Under the pieces are notes generated by a model. The model did no database searches. It was given only the letters and a program-made list of their open reading frames with translations, and was not told where the DNA came from. The position numbers and the translations under genes were made by a program. From NCBI GenBank assembly GCA_965371665.1, contig CBDUZI010000003.1, positions 1 to 63,179 of the forward strand: a DNA stretch of 63,179 bases, given 5' to 3'. Positions 1-8,976 of this stretch are shown here, piece after piece; position 1 is the first letter of the stretch, and each line of letters begins with the position of its first letter. The DNA comes from an uncultured bacterium (GTDB taxonomy: Bacteria; Oederibacteriota; JAAXVQ01; JAUVAV01).

Positions 1-95
1 GGGGAAACTTAGAAAAACTGCCTTTTGTTGTTAAGTCCGACAGGCTGCTAGGAGCCTGAGTATTTAGTGCGTTTTGTCATTCCGGCATGGTTTTA
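1..95. repeat. Partial composite repeat at the window edge (family-2 terminal repeat followed by family-1 end)
   Basis: 31-51 'ttaagtccgacaggctgctag' is similar to 32600-32620. 51-69 'ggagcctgagtatttagt' is similar to 10724-10742. 76-85 is 'gtcattccgg'. Confidence 0.6.
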
Positions 96-1264
96 TCCGG
101 AAGCATGAATATGAAGGGTATGGCTCCCAGCGCCAATACCGCTGACAGCTTGTATGTATTTCCCAGCCCTATCCAGTCGCTGAAAATCCCCACCAGCATA
201 ACCGCCAGAGCGCCCATTAAAAAGGTAATGGTCATATAAATTCCATTAATAAATGCCGGACGTCCGGAATTGATATCCTGAACAACGGCCAGCAAAACCG
301 GGCCGGACGCAAAAATTAAAAATCCCAGAACAATAAGTATGGGGATGGTAAAAAAACCGTTCCCCACAGCCAAAAGCCACATAAAAACCGGGGTAGTAAT
401 TGCGATTATCATCAAGGAAGGCTTACGCCCTATCCGGTCGGAAATCGATCCGAAGAACAAGGTTCCCCCGGCTCCGGCAAATTGAAGTATAACCAAAGCA
501 AGGCCGCCCATCCACAAGGATTTGCCTTGCACATGCATATACGTAGGCAGAAAGGCGGTTAGAGCCGATTTCATAAAACTTCTAAAAAGCGTAATGCCGC
601 CTAGGATGGCAAAAAAAGCCAGATGTTTTTCCAAGGTTGACTTTAATCCCATTCTTTGGTTCGCAACTTCACGGGGAATATTAATCCGGATCAATTTAAA
701 ATAAAGAACCAGGGAGGCAATAATTCCCAGAGGAATTAATCTATATGTTCCCTCCAGCCCCCATAAAGAAACCGCGCCTAATATGGTCAAAGGTCCCAGG
801 GTACGGGCCGTCTCTCCGCCAAGCATATACAGGCTCATGCCTTTTCCCACCTGGTTTCCGGCCAGCCGTTTAATGATAACCGGTGCCGGAACGTGAAATA
901 AAGTGGCTCCCATACCCATGGTAAGCAACAGGATTGCCAAGACCGTATAAGTCGGCGCCGCGCCTAACAGACTCATGCTGATAGCAGTTATGGCCGGAGC
1001 CGTAATAATAAAAAAACGCAAATATGCTTTGTCTACGATTATTCCTACGAAAGGATTTAAAAGTGCCGGCAATCTTTGCAGCACCGAAAGAAATCCGGCC
1101 TGCGAATAAGAGAGACTTAGTTTCTCGATTAGCAGCGGTAATAGGGGCGCTAAAAAAGAAGAGTAGATATCATGAACCAGATGAGCACAGGAAATCATCA
1201 GGATATTACCTGACTGGAATTTACCCGGCTGCTTGCTGGTATTATTATTCGGCAATTGCGGCAT
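77..1264 (-). CDS. MFS (major facilitator superfamily) transporter
   Basis: Multiple hydrophobic spans. MFS loop motif 'GSISDRIGRKPS'. Start moved from the track ORF (1369) to ATG 1264 (MPQLPNNN...), which has AGGAG ~7 nt upstream. The last codons and stop lie inside a dispersed repeat. Confidence 0.75.
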   Translation of the reverse strand: MPQLPNNNTSKQPGKFQSGNILMISCAHLVHDIYSSFLAPLLPLLIEKLSLSYSQAGFLSVLQRLPALLNPFVGIIVDKAYLRFFIITAPAITAISMSLLGAAPTYTVLAILLLTMGMGATLFHVPAPVIIKRLAGNQVGKGMSLYMLGGETARTLGPLTILGAVSLWGLEGTYRLIPLGIIASLVLYFKLIRINIPREVANQRMGLKSTLEKHLAFFAILGGITLFRSFMKSALTAFLPTYMHVQGKSLWMGGLALVILQFAGAGGTLFFGSISDRIGRKPSLMIIAITTPVFMWLLAVGNGFFTIPILIVLGFLIFASGPVLLAVVQDINSGRPAFINGIYMTITFLMGALAVMLVGIFSDWIGLGNTYKLSAVLALGAIPFIFMLPDKTMPE

Positions 1265-1579
1265 GATTTCTCTCCTAGGCAGACTGCAGGGCTTAAAGCA
1301 TTCGGGAAGGACATGCTTGGTTTTACGTAAGGGTGCTTCCGCAAAATAAAATTGACCACATCGTCCCATTTTCTACGTGCCTCACTATATCACCTTTTAC
1401 CTGAGAAAAGAAGGGCAGGCACATAAAAAGTTAGAGATGGCCGCGCTTTCTTCATCCGCTGGATCCCGGCCTATCCTGGTTGGAAGATTTTTTTAATCAA
1501 CTGCATTTTTTTTTGAAAGGATTTAGTCCGCGCCCTGTCGAACTATATATTGAACCAAATTACACCCGGGAGTGGATTA

Positions 1580-4500
1580 ATGTCTGTAAATAATCGCAGC
1601 CATCGCGGTATTTCCTGTTTGCTCTGTTTTTTACTGGTTTTTCCTGCACATTTCGTTCCCCTTTCAAGCCAGGGCCGGATAATTGGCCAACCAACCCGGT
1701 CCCGGCCTGAATATTCTTTTCGCCAATTGGTTATCTATATTCCTGATATTTTTGATAATGCCAAAGAAATAGCGAAAGCCCTTTCTCGCCTGCGCGCCAA
1801 AGGAATCCCGGCCCAGGATATAATAAATCTTGCCCAACATCCTGATTTTGATCCCAAATCAGGGCTGGCAGTGCAGGCCGAGCAGTTGGCACGAATCGCG
1901 GAAGTGGAATCCGCCAAGCGCAGGGGGCTCAAGGCCCATCTGATTGCCAAAGGCACTGGCGGCCTGGTGGCCCGTGCTTATCTGGCCGCGGCCAAAGAAA
2001 TCCGGCCCGCGGGAGCGCCTATTATTGATGTTATAGGCATCGGAGTTCCGCATAATGGAAGATTATGGGCCAAGTGGGCATATGCTCTGGCTCTTCCCTT
2101 GCCTGGAGTGGGCGCGCGTTCAGCCGCAGTACGCGACCTCTCACCGGACTCCCGGTTTATGCGTAAATTGAATCAGCTTAAAAACAAACGCGAAAAAATG
2201 GTTCATGCGGCCGAAGCAACGCTGACAAGCCTGTATGACCTCCCCTTCAATCAGAAACTTCAAGCCAAACTTACTGCCATTGACAGGGCCAAAGCCGAGG
2301 CTGCAGAACAGGTGGATCGGATCTTCAGTTCCCCGGAAAGTATTAAATTAGGTCCGCAAGACATGCAACACATTAATGAAATGAAAAGTTCGTGCCAGGC
2401 GCTGAAAATGGCATGCGAGAAATTTGACAATACGCTTGCCAAAGAGGCCAGGGTAAAGGAGCTGGCCAGGCTGGGGCATGATATTAATCGTGAACAGGTT
2501 AAAATCCGCCAAAAGATTGCCGAGCAGTCCCGGAAACCCGCTGACTGGCTGGAGCGCTCGCCCCTGGCCCAAAAGCTGTTGGAAATCAAGGATTTAAGCA
2601 GGGTAATTGAAACCAAATCTGATCAGGCTCAGGGCCGCTTGCTGGATATTCTTTATTCCCCGGAATTCTACCAATTAGGCCTGGTTCCCGGAAATCCGAA
2701 AAACCAACTCCTATCCACTATTGCCGGAAAGACCCAAGAACTGGGAGAGATTTTCTCGCAGGATAAGTGCAAAAAGGCCTTGGATGAGCTCGACCTCTTT
2801 TATGGCCGGACCACGCCGAGGCTGAGAAAACAATGGGATGATTTTACCGCCATGTCAGTCACTGTTTCCCAAAAGCCCCTGGGGCATAAGCCGGGGAGTA
2901 GATTTGCCCGAGCTGCGATCGCCTTAACCCGCCTGCAAACGGCCTGGGATGAGATGGAGGAATCCCGGCAAAAATGGCTGGCCGGGCTCAAGCAATACGC
3001 AGAGGCTGAATCGAATATCTTCCTGCGCGATAAATTTCAGGCCTATCAGGAAAATATAGAGCTGTCAGCGCAGCAACTTGAAAAAAGCGCTCCCGCGGAT
3101 TTTGCAAAAGCCCGGCAGATCATGGACAAGGCCAAACAGATTCTGACTCCAGCCCGGGATGAACTCTTTTCTTCTCCGAATATGCCCACGCTCACAGACG
3201 CGGTCCGGGCCAGGTATCAGGCTTTTAAAATCCACCAAGAAGATTTTTTGGATGCAGTAGAGTACGCGAGAGAAAAAGTTTCAAGCCGGATTGTTAAAAA
3301 GGAATACCTGCTGTATTTGGAGCGCGCGAATCATTTGGACCAACTGGTCATGGATAAAATGTCTCATCGCCCAGGGGAATTAACTCAAGCTATCATAGCC
3401 TTGGAAATGGGCTCCGCAGTCAAGGAAATGGAAATGTTTGCCCAGACCTCGCGCCAACGTCTGGATCGCGAGTTTGAGAAACTCTACCATAAGATGGAAG
3501 TTCCCCCTTCTTCTGACCCATTATTTTCCCATGACCCGAGCCAGTCTGACGGCCGGGTCTTGCATGAGAGCTTAAGTAAAATCAAGCAGAGCCTGAGCAG
3601 CTATAAATCACTCCGCGATCTGGATTATCTTAAGGGAAAATCCGACCTGCTCAAGTTGCACTTGCAAAAACAGACCCAGGCAGCAGAGCGAAGCCTGCCT
3701 GCCTTTGATGCAGTCCGGGCGCTGGAGAAAATGGGACATGCCGAGCAATGTATGAAAATGATATACTCCCGGAGCGCGGGGGATTTAAACCGAAAAGTTA
3801 TGCAAACTGATCTTGCCGCAGAACTATCTCAACTATCTCAAGAGCGCCGGGATCTGGTTATGGCTGTTCTGAGCATAACCGGCCAAGCCTTTGAACAAAC
3901 CAAAGCCTTTGATCTTACCCGCTTTGCCGCCCGTCTGGAAGCTTTTGGGCGGCTGCCATCGGCTAACCCGTTTTTTTGGAATCTCGCCCAACAGCAGATT
4001 AAATTGTATACGGAATCTAATAAGGCTTTGCGTCTCTACCGGAATTTGGCCAAGCTGGAAATAGCAGAGCAAGCGGCCAGGGATGCGGTATGGGATCATT
4101 TAAACAAGGCAGTTCAGCTCGATAAAGCCAGAAAACATATTGGCCACGCGGCCGGGGCATCGCAAACCATGACCTGCCTGCGTGAAAAATCTGATTTGCT
4201 GCAGCAACTTAACCTGAGAATAGAAAGGCTCTCCGCCTTGCAAGCTAAAACCCTTCCCTCTGCCCAGAATTTCCGGCTGCGTGATTGGCAAAATTTGAAA
4301 AAACAGATTGCAGCCGGGATAGCGCAAGAGAAGGAAATTCTTTTTAGCCGGCAGGCCTTGCTGACAAAAAGCTCTGCCCAAGTAAGCGCCTTTCTGCCTG
4401 CGCCATGGGATAGTCCGTTGAAACGTCAACATGACTTATATTCCGGCGAGACACTTGAACAAATTATGGAACACAAATATACGGAACATTTTAAAACCCT

Positions 4501-7500
4501 GGCTATCAAAGAGAAGCAAATAAAGCAAGACCTGCAAACTTGTATCCAGACCGTAAAGCAGGCCGGGCTTTTAGGCGAAATCAGGCAGGAACTACATGAT
4601 TTAAACAGCACCCAAATCCGGGCCCAGCATTACTTAAAGACTAATCTGCATCTGCTTAAGCAGCAGGTTTTGCTAAGCCGGCTCTTGCAGCAATTTGATA
4701 AGCCGCCTGATGAGGCAACGCATATGCCAGCCGCTTTGCATGGACCCGATATTGATAGGCAGCAAACCTTACAAAAGCCTGATGTCCAGAAAAAACTGGA
4801 AACATCCCGGATGGATCGGGAAAAAATAGCCGCGGCCCTGGACCTGATAAATATTGAAATATCCGCTCAGCTCATGAGCGCAGGGTTGAAATTTAATGCC
4901 GCCCAGGTCAAGTCAACCGCCCAACGCAGCCAGGCCCGGTTCAAAACCCGGCTGGTGGATATGGATAAGCAGTCCGGCCGGGAATGCCGGGATGCGCTTT
5001 TAAACATCAATCACCTGGCAGCCGGAGCTGCGCAGGATATCGGAGACATAATTAAGAATATTCATTTGGCATCTTTCACCTGCGACATTAGCCGGGCCCT
5101 GGCACGCGCTAAAGACCGGAGCAACCGGGCGGCCCAGGATATTGCCGCTGGCCGGGCACCGCCGGATTGGGATATCGCAGGAACACGAAGCGCCAAACCT
5201 CTACCGCAAATATACGAAAATGTTGTCAACCGTGCAGTGGATTTTATCCGGCAGCAGGCTATACGCACACAAGTCCAGCAATCCCTGGACCAGGTTGCCA
5301 TTCTGGGCAACGAGGCGCGCGCGCTGCTGGACCGGCATATTTTGAAAATTAGTGATCATTTGGCCAGGTTCATCTTTGCAGAAGCACGGCCCGCTATGCC
5401 CCTGCTCTCCTCTGCCAATCCGGCCCTGGACAGATTAGCTGAACAAATCGGCCTGGCAGGCTCCCAGTCTCAAATCCTTAAAGAACTCAATAAACTCCAA
5501 AACCTAAAAGACCATTTCAACGCCGGTCTGGAGCGCCAATTGCTGGAAATCCGGAGAGCGGATGCAGCCCTGGTTATGCAAGCTATTGCCGCAAAATATC
5601 AAACCCTGGGCGAGGAATTCCAGGAAGCATGCGGAAAAATTACCTGTCAGCTGAATTCCGGGAACCAGGCTTTGGATCCGGCCTTCAATTTCGTAAATCC
5701 GGGGCAGTTTAAGATTGATCAGGAACTCTTGCGAACCTTGCAGCAGGATGTTTTTACCAGGCTGGTGGAATCCCATCCCATCTTAAAAGAGCTTGAGAAA
5801 CCGAAGGATGTTATTGGCCTCTTGAATAACCTGGCAGCCCAAGGCGGGGCCCAGTTTTCTAAATGGCTGCATCGCACCGAGGCTTATAAACATGCAGAAA
5901 CTTTAGCCCGGCTGAGGCAGGAAGCCAAGCATCTGCTCGATCAGGCTGTTGCGCAAGGTACTATTGACTTGCTTAAAAACGACCTGGGCCGGCTCATGCG
6001 CGAGATAGGGCTCGAAACCAAACAGATCGAGACAATTTTCAGCACAGTCACCGGGCCTCTAAAAGATATGATCCTGCGTTCTGAGTTTATGCAGCAATTG
6101 GATGTTTTTCAACGCCTGCCGGACCTCATCACCGGCCAGATAGATTCTTTCATCGGCGATGTTCAGGCTTTGATAAGCAATAACGCTTTTATGCAATCCA
6201 TTAATGCCTTGGGTAAAAATGTCCTGGCTATCTGGGATCAGCTAAGCGGGGAAAAATCCTGGTCCCTGGCTGGGATGGGTCAAAAATTGGCAGCGCATTT
6301 TAGCGGAGCAGCCGGTTTCGGGCAGACGGCAATAAATCAAGTCCAGGCCTTGATCGCGGATATGGGCGGCTCCCACAACGCCCTTGGCCTATGGGCCGGG
6401 ATCTCGGAAGGTTTTAGTAAATTTGGCGAGAATCTAGCGGGCAGCCTAAAAGATTTCATTACCTCCTCCTGCAATATCGATCTGGGCGCGGCTTTTATGA
6501 ATTTCACTTTATCCCCCGGGCAATTCTTCACTAAAGCCGGAGATATGATCAGCGGATTTATAGCTGACAGTTTTGAGTTTCGTTTCGATTCCTCCGGCAG
6601 CTGGTTCCAGGCAGATCAGGTTTGGGATACAGTGGCCGATATTTTCAATTCCGAGAATTGGAAACTTGATTTTTTCCGGACCGCGGATGGATTTATGCAA
6701 TCCATTTCCGATGGTATCAGCTCATTGGCGGGCCGCGGCCTCGAGTGGGCTCAGAACTGCTGGCAGGAATACCTTGGCCAGGCGCAGGAGTATCTTGACA
6801 TCTTCACAAGCGGGCCGTCGCGATGGCTGGAAGAACTGACCAGCGGAAAGTGGGCGGACTCCATCAACGGTCTGATAGACAAATTCCTGCCCCCTGAGTT
6901 CCAGCCCGCCAAAAGCGCGCTGGAGAAGATTTATTTTACCTTTGACGCGGATTTTGATTTCTCGGCTGATTATATTTTCAGCGTGCTGGATGACTTGAGC
7001 GTTTATCTGAGTGATGATCTGCGCGGAATCTATGCGGATATTAGTGATCTATACGCGCAAGGACAAGAATACTCCCAAAGAGGACAAGCAGCCTGGGATG
7101 TCATCCAGAGCGGAGATTTAACATCCCTCGCTGTCATGGGCTCCCGGCTGCTTGGTTCCCTGGAAAACCCGGGTCCGGTGTACGTCCTGGGAAACGGCCC
7201 GGCTAGAAATAGAGGAGCGTATGCCAATCACACCGGACAAACCTATCAAAACTACATGGATGATTATCTTGCGCAACTCGACCCCAGCCTCCACAATCTC
7301 CCGGACATTTCGGCCGTAGGGGCGGCCTCCGGTATCCGCTCGAGCAGTTCAAATGTAGGGGCGGACCTCCGTGTCCGCCCAGGCAGTTCAAACGTAGGGG
7401 CGGACTTCCATGTCCGCCCGGGTATTTCCGACGCCGTCGCTGATGTCGATGCGCCCTTACTGGAAAAACCCGAATTATCTGCTCCGCGCGGCGGTATTCC

Positions 7501-8629
7501 CATGCCGCCGGGCAAAGGCCATTGGGAAATCGATCCCGCAACCGGAAGAAACGTCTGGGTGTCAGAAGAGGATTCAGAGACACCCTCCCTCCTTTCCCGC
7601 GTCGAAGGCATGCTCAAAGAAGGAGCCAAAACCTGGGCGGATCCCCGAAGATGGGGCCCCAAGGCGGAGAAAGTTAATGAGGCCATTATTGAAACAGCCC
7701 CTAAAGTCGGCGCCGTATTAAAAGAAGCCGGAAAGACCTGGGCTGATCCGAGGAGGTGGGAGAAAAAAGCGGAGAAGGTGAATAAGGCGGTGGGCCGCGG
7801 AGCGCCTGAAAAAGGTGAATATTTAAAAAAGACTGCTTATCAACTGGGCGATATTACAAAAGCCGGGATAAAAAGCTCCTTCAATTTAATGAAAAAAGGG
7901 GCAGCTAATTTTATTAATCCAAAAAAATATATTAAAACCACCAAAGACCTCTCGCGCTGGGGGTTAAACAAAGCAGGGCAAATTGGGAAAAACATTGGTA
8001 AAAAGGGGGCCGAAAATTTAAACAATGCCAGGATTTTCTGGAAAAACCCCAGCAAATTCAAGAATGGTCTTAAATTTTGGCAGGAACGCACCTTAAATAC
8101 TGCTTATAAACTAGATTTGGATTACGGCAAAACCGGCATCATCGATGGCACAAAATTCGGATTATGTGTAGGATACATGGCCAAATTTAAATTAGGAAGA
8201 CTTGGTCGTTTTAAAATCGGGTGTAAGAAAAGTGTTTTAAAAGAAGTAGTAAATGGCGAACTTATATTTAAAAAAGAAAATTATATAGGAGGTGAACTTG
8301 AATTTTTAGGAATGGGAGTTAAAATGGCCAAAGAGAACGGCAAGTATGACTTTGATTTCTATTGGAGCAAGGATTTTGTCGAAATTAACAAAGACGCTAT
8401 AGAAATAGGCGGCACATTTATTTTCCCAGGAACGCCTATAGGCGTAACCGGCGAAGGACACATTCATCTTGATAAATTACTAAAAAAGGCGATAATGCCA
8501 TTCAGGAGGAGAAAAAATGAAGAAAACAATCCAAAGAATAATGATACTGAATCTAGCTATAGGGAACTTGATTTCTATTTTTTCACCGATATCAGCTTCA
8601 GGAAGTTTGAAAAATATTACGTTTCCTGA
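1580..8629 (+). CDS. Giant secreted protein: lipase-like alpha/beta-hydrolase head with degenerate nucleophile motif, long helical region, Lys-rich C-terminal module
   Basis: Uninterrupted ~7.05-kb ORF. ATG 1580 is preferred over TTG 1550 because GGAG lies ~8 nt upstream, and it yields MSVNNRSHRG plus hydrophobic ISCLLCFLLVFPAHFV, which looks like a signal peptide. 'HLIAKGTGGLVARAYL' and 'GIGVPHNG' resemble the lipase/PGAP1 GHSxGG and GTPHxG motifs. More than 1,400 aa are Q/K/E/L/A-rich. Internal 35-aa duplication at 7613-7790. Confidence 0.8.
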   Translation: MSVNNRSHRGISCLLCFLLVFPAHFVPLSSQGRIIGQPTRSRPEYSFRQLVIYIPDIFDNAKEIAKALSRLRAKGIPAQDIINLAQHPDFDPKSGLAVQAEQLARIAEVESAKRRGLKAHLIAKGTGGLVARAYLAAAKEIRPAGAPIIDVIGIGVPHNGRLWAKWAYALALPLPGVGARSAAVRDLSPDSRFMRKLNQLKNKREKMVHAAEATLTSLYDLPFNQKLQAKLTAIDRAKAEAAEQVDRIFSSPESIKLGPQDMQHINEMKSSCQALKMACEKFDNTLAKEARVKELARLGHDINREQVKIRQKIAEQSRKPADWLERSPLAQKLLEIKDLSRVIETKSDQAQGRLLDILYSPEFYQLGLVPGNPKNQLLSTIAGKTQELGEIFSQDKCKKALDELDLFYGRTTPRLRKQWDDFTAMSVTVSQKPLGHKPGSRFARAAIALTRLQTAWDEMEESRQKWLAGLKQYAEAESNIFLRDKFQAYQENIELSAQQLEKSAPADFAKARQIMDKAKQILTPARDELFSSPNMPTLTDAVRARYQAFKIHQEDFLDAVEYAREKVSSRIVKKEYLLYLERANHLDQLVMDKMSHRPGELTQAIIALEMGSAVKEMEMFAQTSRQRLDREFEKLYHKMEVPPSSDPLFSHDPSQSDGRVLHESLSKIKQSLSSYKSLRDLDYLKGKSDLLKLHLQKQTQAAERSLPAFDAVRALEKMGHAEQCMKMIYSRSAGDLNRKVMQTDLAAELSQLSQERRDLVMAVLSITGQAFEQTKAFDLTRFAARLEAFGRLPSANPFFWNLAQQQIKLYTESNKALRLYRNLAKLEIAEQAARDAVWDHLNKAVQLDKARKHIGHAAGASQTMTCLREKSDLLQQLNLRIERLSALQAKTLPSAQNFRLRDWQNLKKQIAAGIAQEKEILFSRQALLTKSSAQVSAFLPAPWDSPLKRQHDLYSGETLEQIMEHKYTEHFKTLAIKEKQIKQDLQTCIQTVKQAGLLGEIRQELHDLNSTQIRAQHYLKTNLHLLKQQVLLSRLLQQFDKPPDEATHMPAALHGPDIDRQQTLQKPDVQKKLETSRMDREKIAAALDLINIEISAQLMSAGLKFNAAQVKSTAQRSQARFKTRLVDMDKQSGRECRDALLNINHLAAGAAQDIGDIIKNIHLASFTCDISRALARAKDRSNRAAQDIAAGRAPPDWDIAGTRSAKPLPQIYENVVNRAVDFIRQQAIRTQVQQSLDQVAILGNEARALLDRHILKISDHLARFIFAEARPAMPLLSSANPALDRLAEQIGLAGSQSQILKELNKLQNLKDHFNAGLERQLLEIRRADAALVMQAIAAKYQTLGEEFQEACGKITCQLNSGNQALDPAFNFVNPGQFKIDQELLRTLQQDVFTRLVESHPILKELEKPKDVIGLLNNLAAQGGAQFSKWLHRTEAYKHAETLARLRQEAKHLLDQAVAQGTIDLLKNDLGRLMREIGLETKQIETIFSTVTGPLKDMILRSEFMQQLDVFQRLPDLITGQIDSFIGDVQALISNNAFMQSINALGKNVLAIWDQLSGEKSWSLAGMGQKLAAHFSGAAGFGQTAINQVQALIADMGGSHNALGLWAGISEGFSKFGENLAGSLKDFITSSCNIDLGAAFMNFTLSPGQFFTKAGDMISGFIADSFEFRFDSSGSWFQADQVWDTVADIFNSENWKLDFFRTADGFMQSISDGISSLAGRGLEWAQNCWQEYLGQAQEYLDIFTSGPSRWLEELTSGKWADSINGLIDKFLPPEFQPAKSALEKIYFTFDADFDFSADYIFSVLDDLSVYLSDDLRGIYADISDLYAQGQEYSQRGQAAWDVIQSGDLTSLAVMGSRLLGSLENPGPVYVLGNGPARNRGAYANHTGQTYQNYMDDYLAQLDPSLHNLPDISAVGAASGIRSSSSNVGADLRVRPGSSNVGADFHVRPGISDAVADVDAPLLEKPELSAPRGGIPMPPGKGHWEIDPATGRNVWVSEEDSETPSLLSRVEGMLKEGAKTWADPRRWGPKAEKVNEAIIETAPKVGAVLKEAGKTWADPRRWEKKAEKVNKAVGRGAPEKGEYLKKTAYQLGDITKAGIKSSFNLMKKGAANFINPKKYIKTTKDLSRWGLNKAGQIGKNIGKKGAENLNNARIFWKNPSKFKNGLKFWQERTLNTAYKLDLDYGKTGIIDGTKFGLCVGYMAKFKLGRLGRFKIGCKKSVLKEVVNGELIFKKENYIGGELEFLGMGVKMAKENGKYDFDFYWSKDFVEINKDAIEIGGTFIFPGTPIGVTGEGHIHLDKLLKKAIMPFRRRKNEENNPKNNDTESSYRELDFYFFTDISFRKFEKYYVS
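7344..7422. repeat. Two tandem 39-bp units with the hairpin core GGGCGGAC-N6-GTCCGCCC, inside the giant ORF
   Basis: 'cagttcaaa(t/c)gtaggggcggac(ctccgt/ttccat)gtccgccc' occurs twice. It translates as SSSNVGADLRVRPG / SSNVGADFHVRPG. Confidence 0.8.
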
Positions 8630-8846
8630 AATACTATTAGGCGTCTGGATATTCATTTCCATTATTTGCGCCATCTATATTTTGTTTTTTTCTTTTTCAC
8701 ATTGGAGCAAGCAATCATTTACCAGCGGCTTTATGAAATTTATCTGGCTTTTTGTAATCATTTTCGGCATGTTTATTCATTTTGCCGGACCAATTCTGTA
8801 TTATATTATGGTTGTTGAATTGAAGAAAACTTTAATAAAAATTTAA
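8517..8846 (+). CDS. Small integral membrane protein (about 3 hydrophobic spans), function unknown
   Basis: ATG preceded by 'AGGAGGAG' ~7 nt upstream. Hydrophobic segments include ILLGVWIFISIICAIYILFF and FIWLFVIIFGMFIHFAGPILYYIM. Overlaps the giant ORF's 3' end by 113 nt in another frame. Confidence 0.6.
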   Translation: MKKTIQRIMILNLAIGNLISIFSPISASGSLKNITFPEILLGVWIFISIICAIYILFFSFSHWSKQSFTSGFMKFIWLFVIIFGMFIHFAGPILYYIMVVELKKTLIKI

Positions 8847-8938
8847 CTTGTAATTCCCCGTAGATTGCTACGGGGTTACCTGATGGAGTTCCCCCTTTGG
8901 AAAAGGGGGCTAGGGGGATTTTACTGCGGGGAGAATTC
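8847..8938. repeat. Family-2b MITE-like element
   Basis: Termini 'cttgtaattccccg' / 'cggggagaattc'. Core 'ccccctttggaaaagggggctagggggatttt'. Its reverse complement aligns with 21985-22090. Confidence 0.75.
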
Positions 8939-8976
8939 ATTTAGTTTCTATTGCAAAAAGGTTGTTTTAGTTTTTT

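Noticed and set aside
7344-7422. Tandem palindromic repeats, here and at 40090-40168, as a possible mini-CRISPR array.
   Set aside because: Only two units are present at each site, there are no regularly sized unique spacers, no cas genes are in the window, and one site lies inside a coding frame.
1735-8091. Numerous 60-140-aa antisense or off-frame ORFs inside the giant gene (for example 2260-2616, 4100-4432, 7203-7583, 7264-7686).
   Set aside because: They lie entirely within an uninterrupted 7-kb ORF. They have low-complexity, Arg/Ser/Pro-rich composition typical of antisense frames, and none has a start-site signal.
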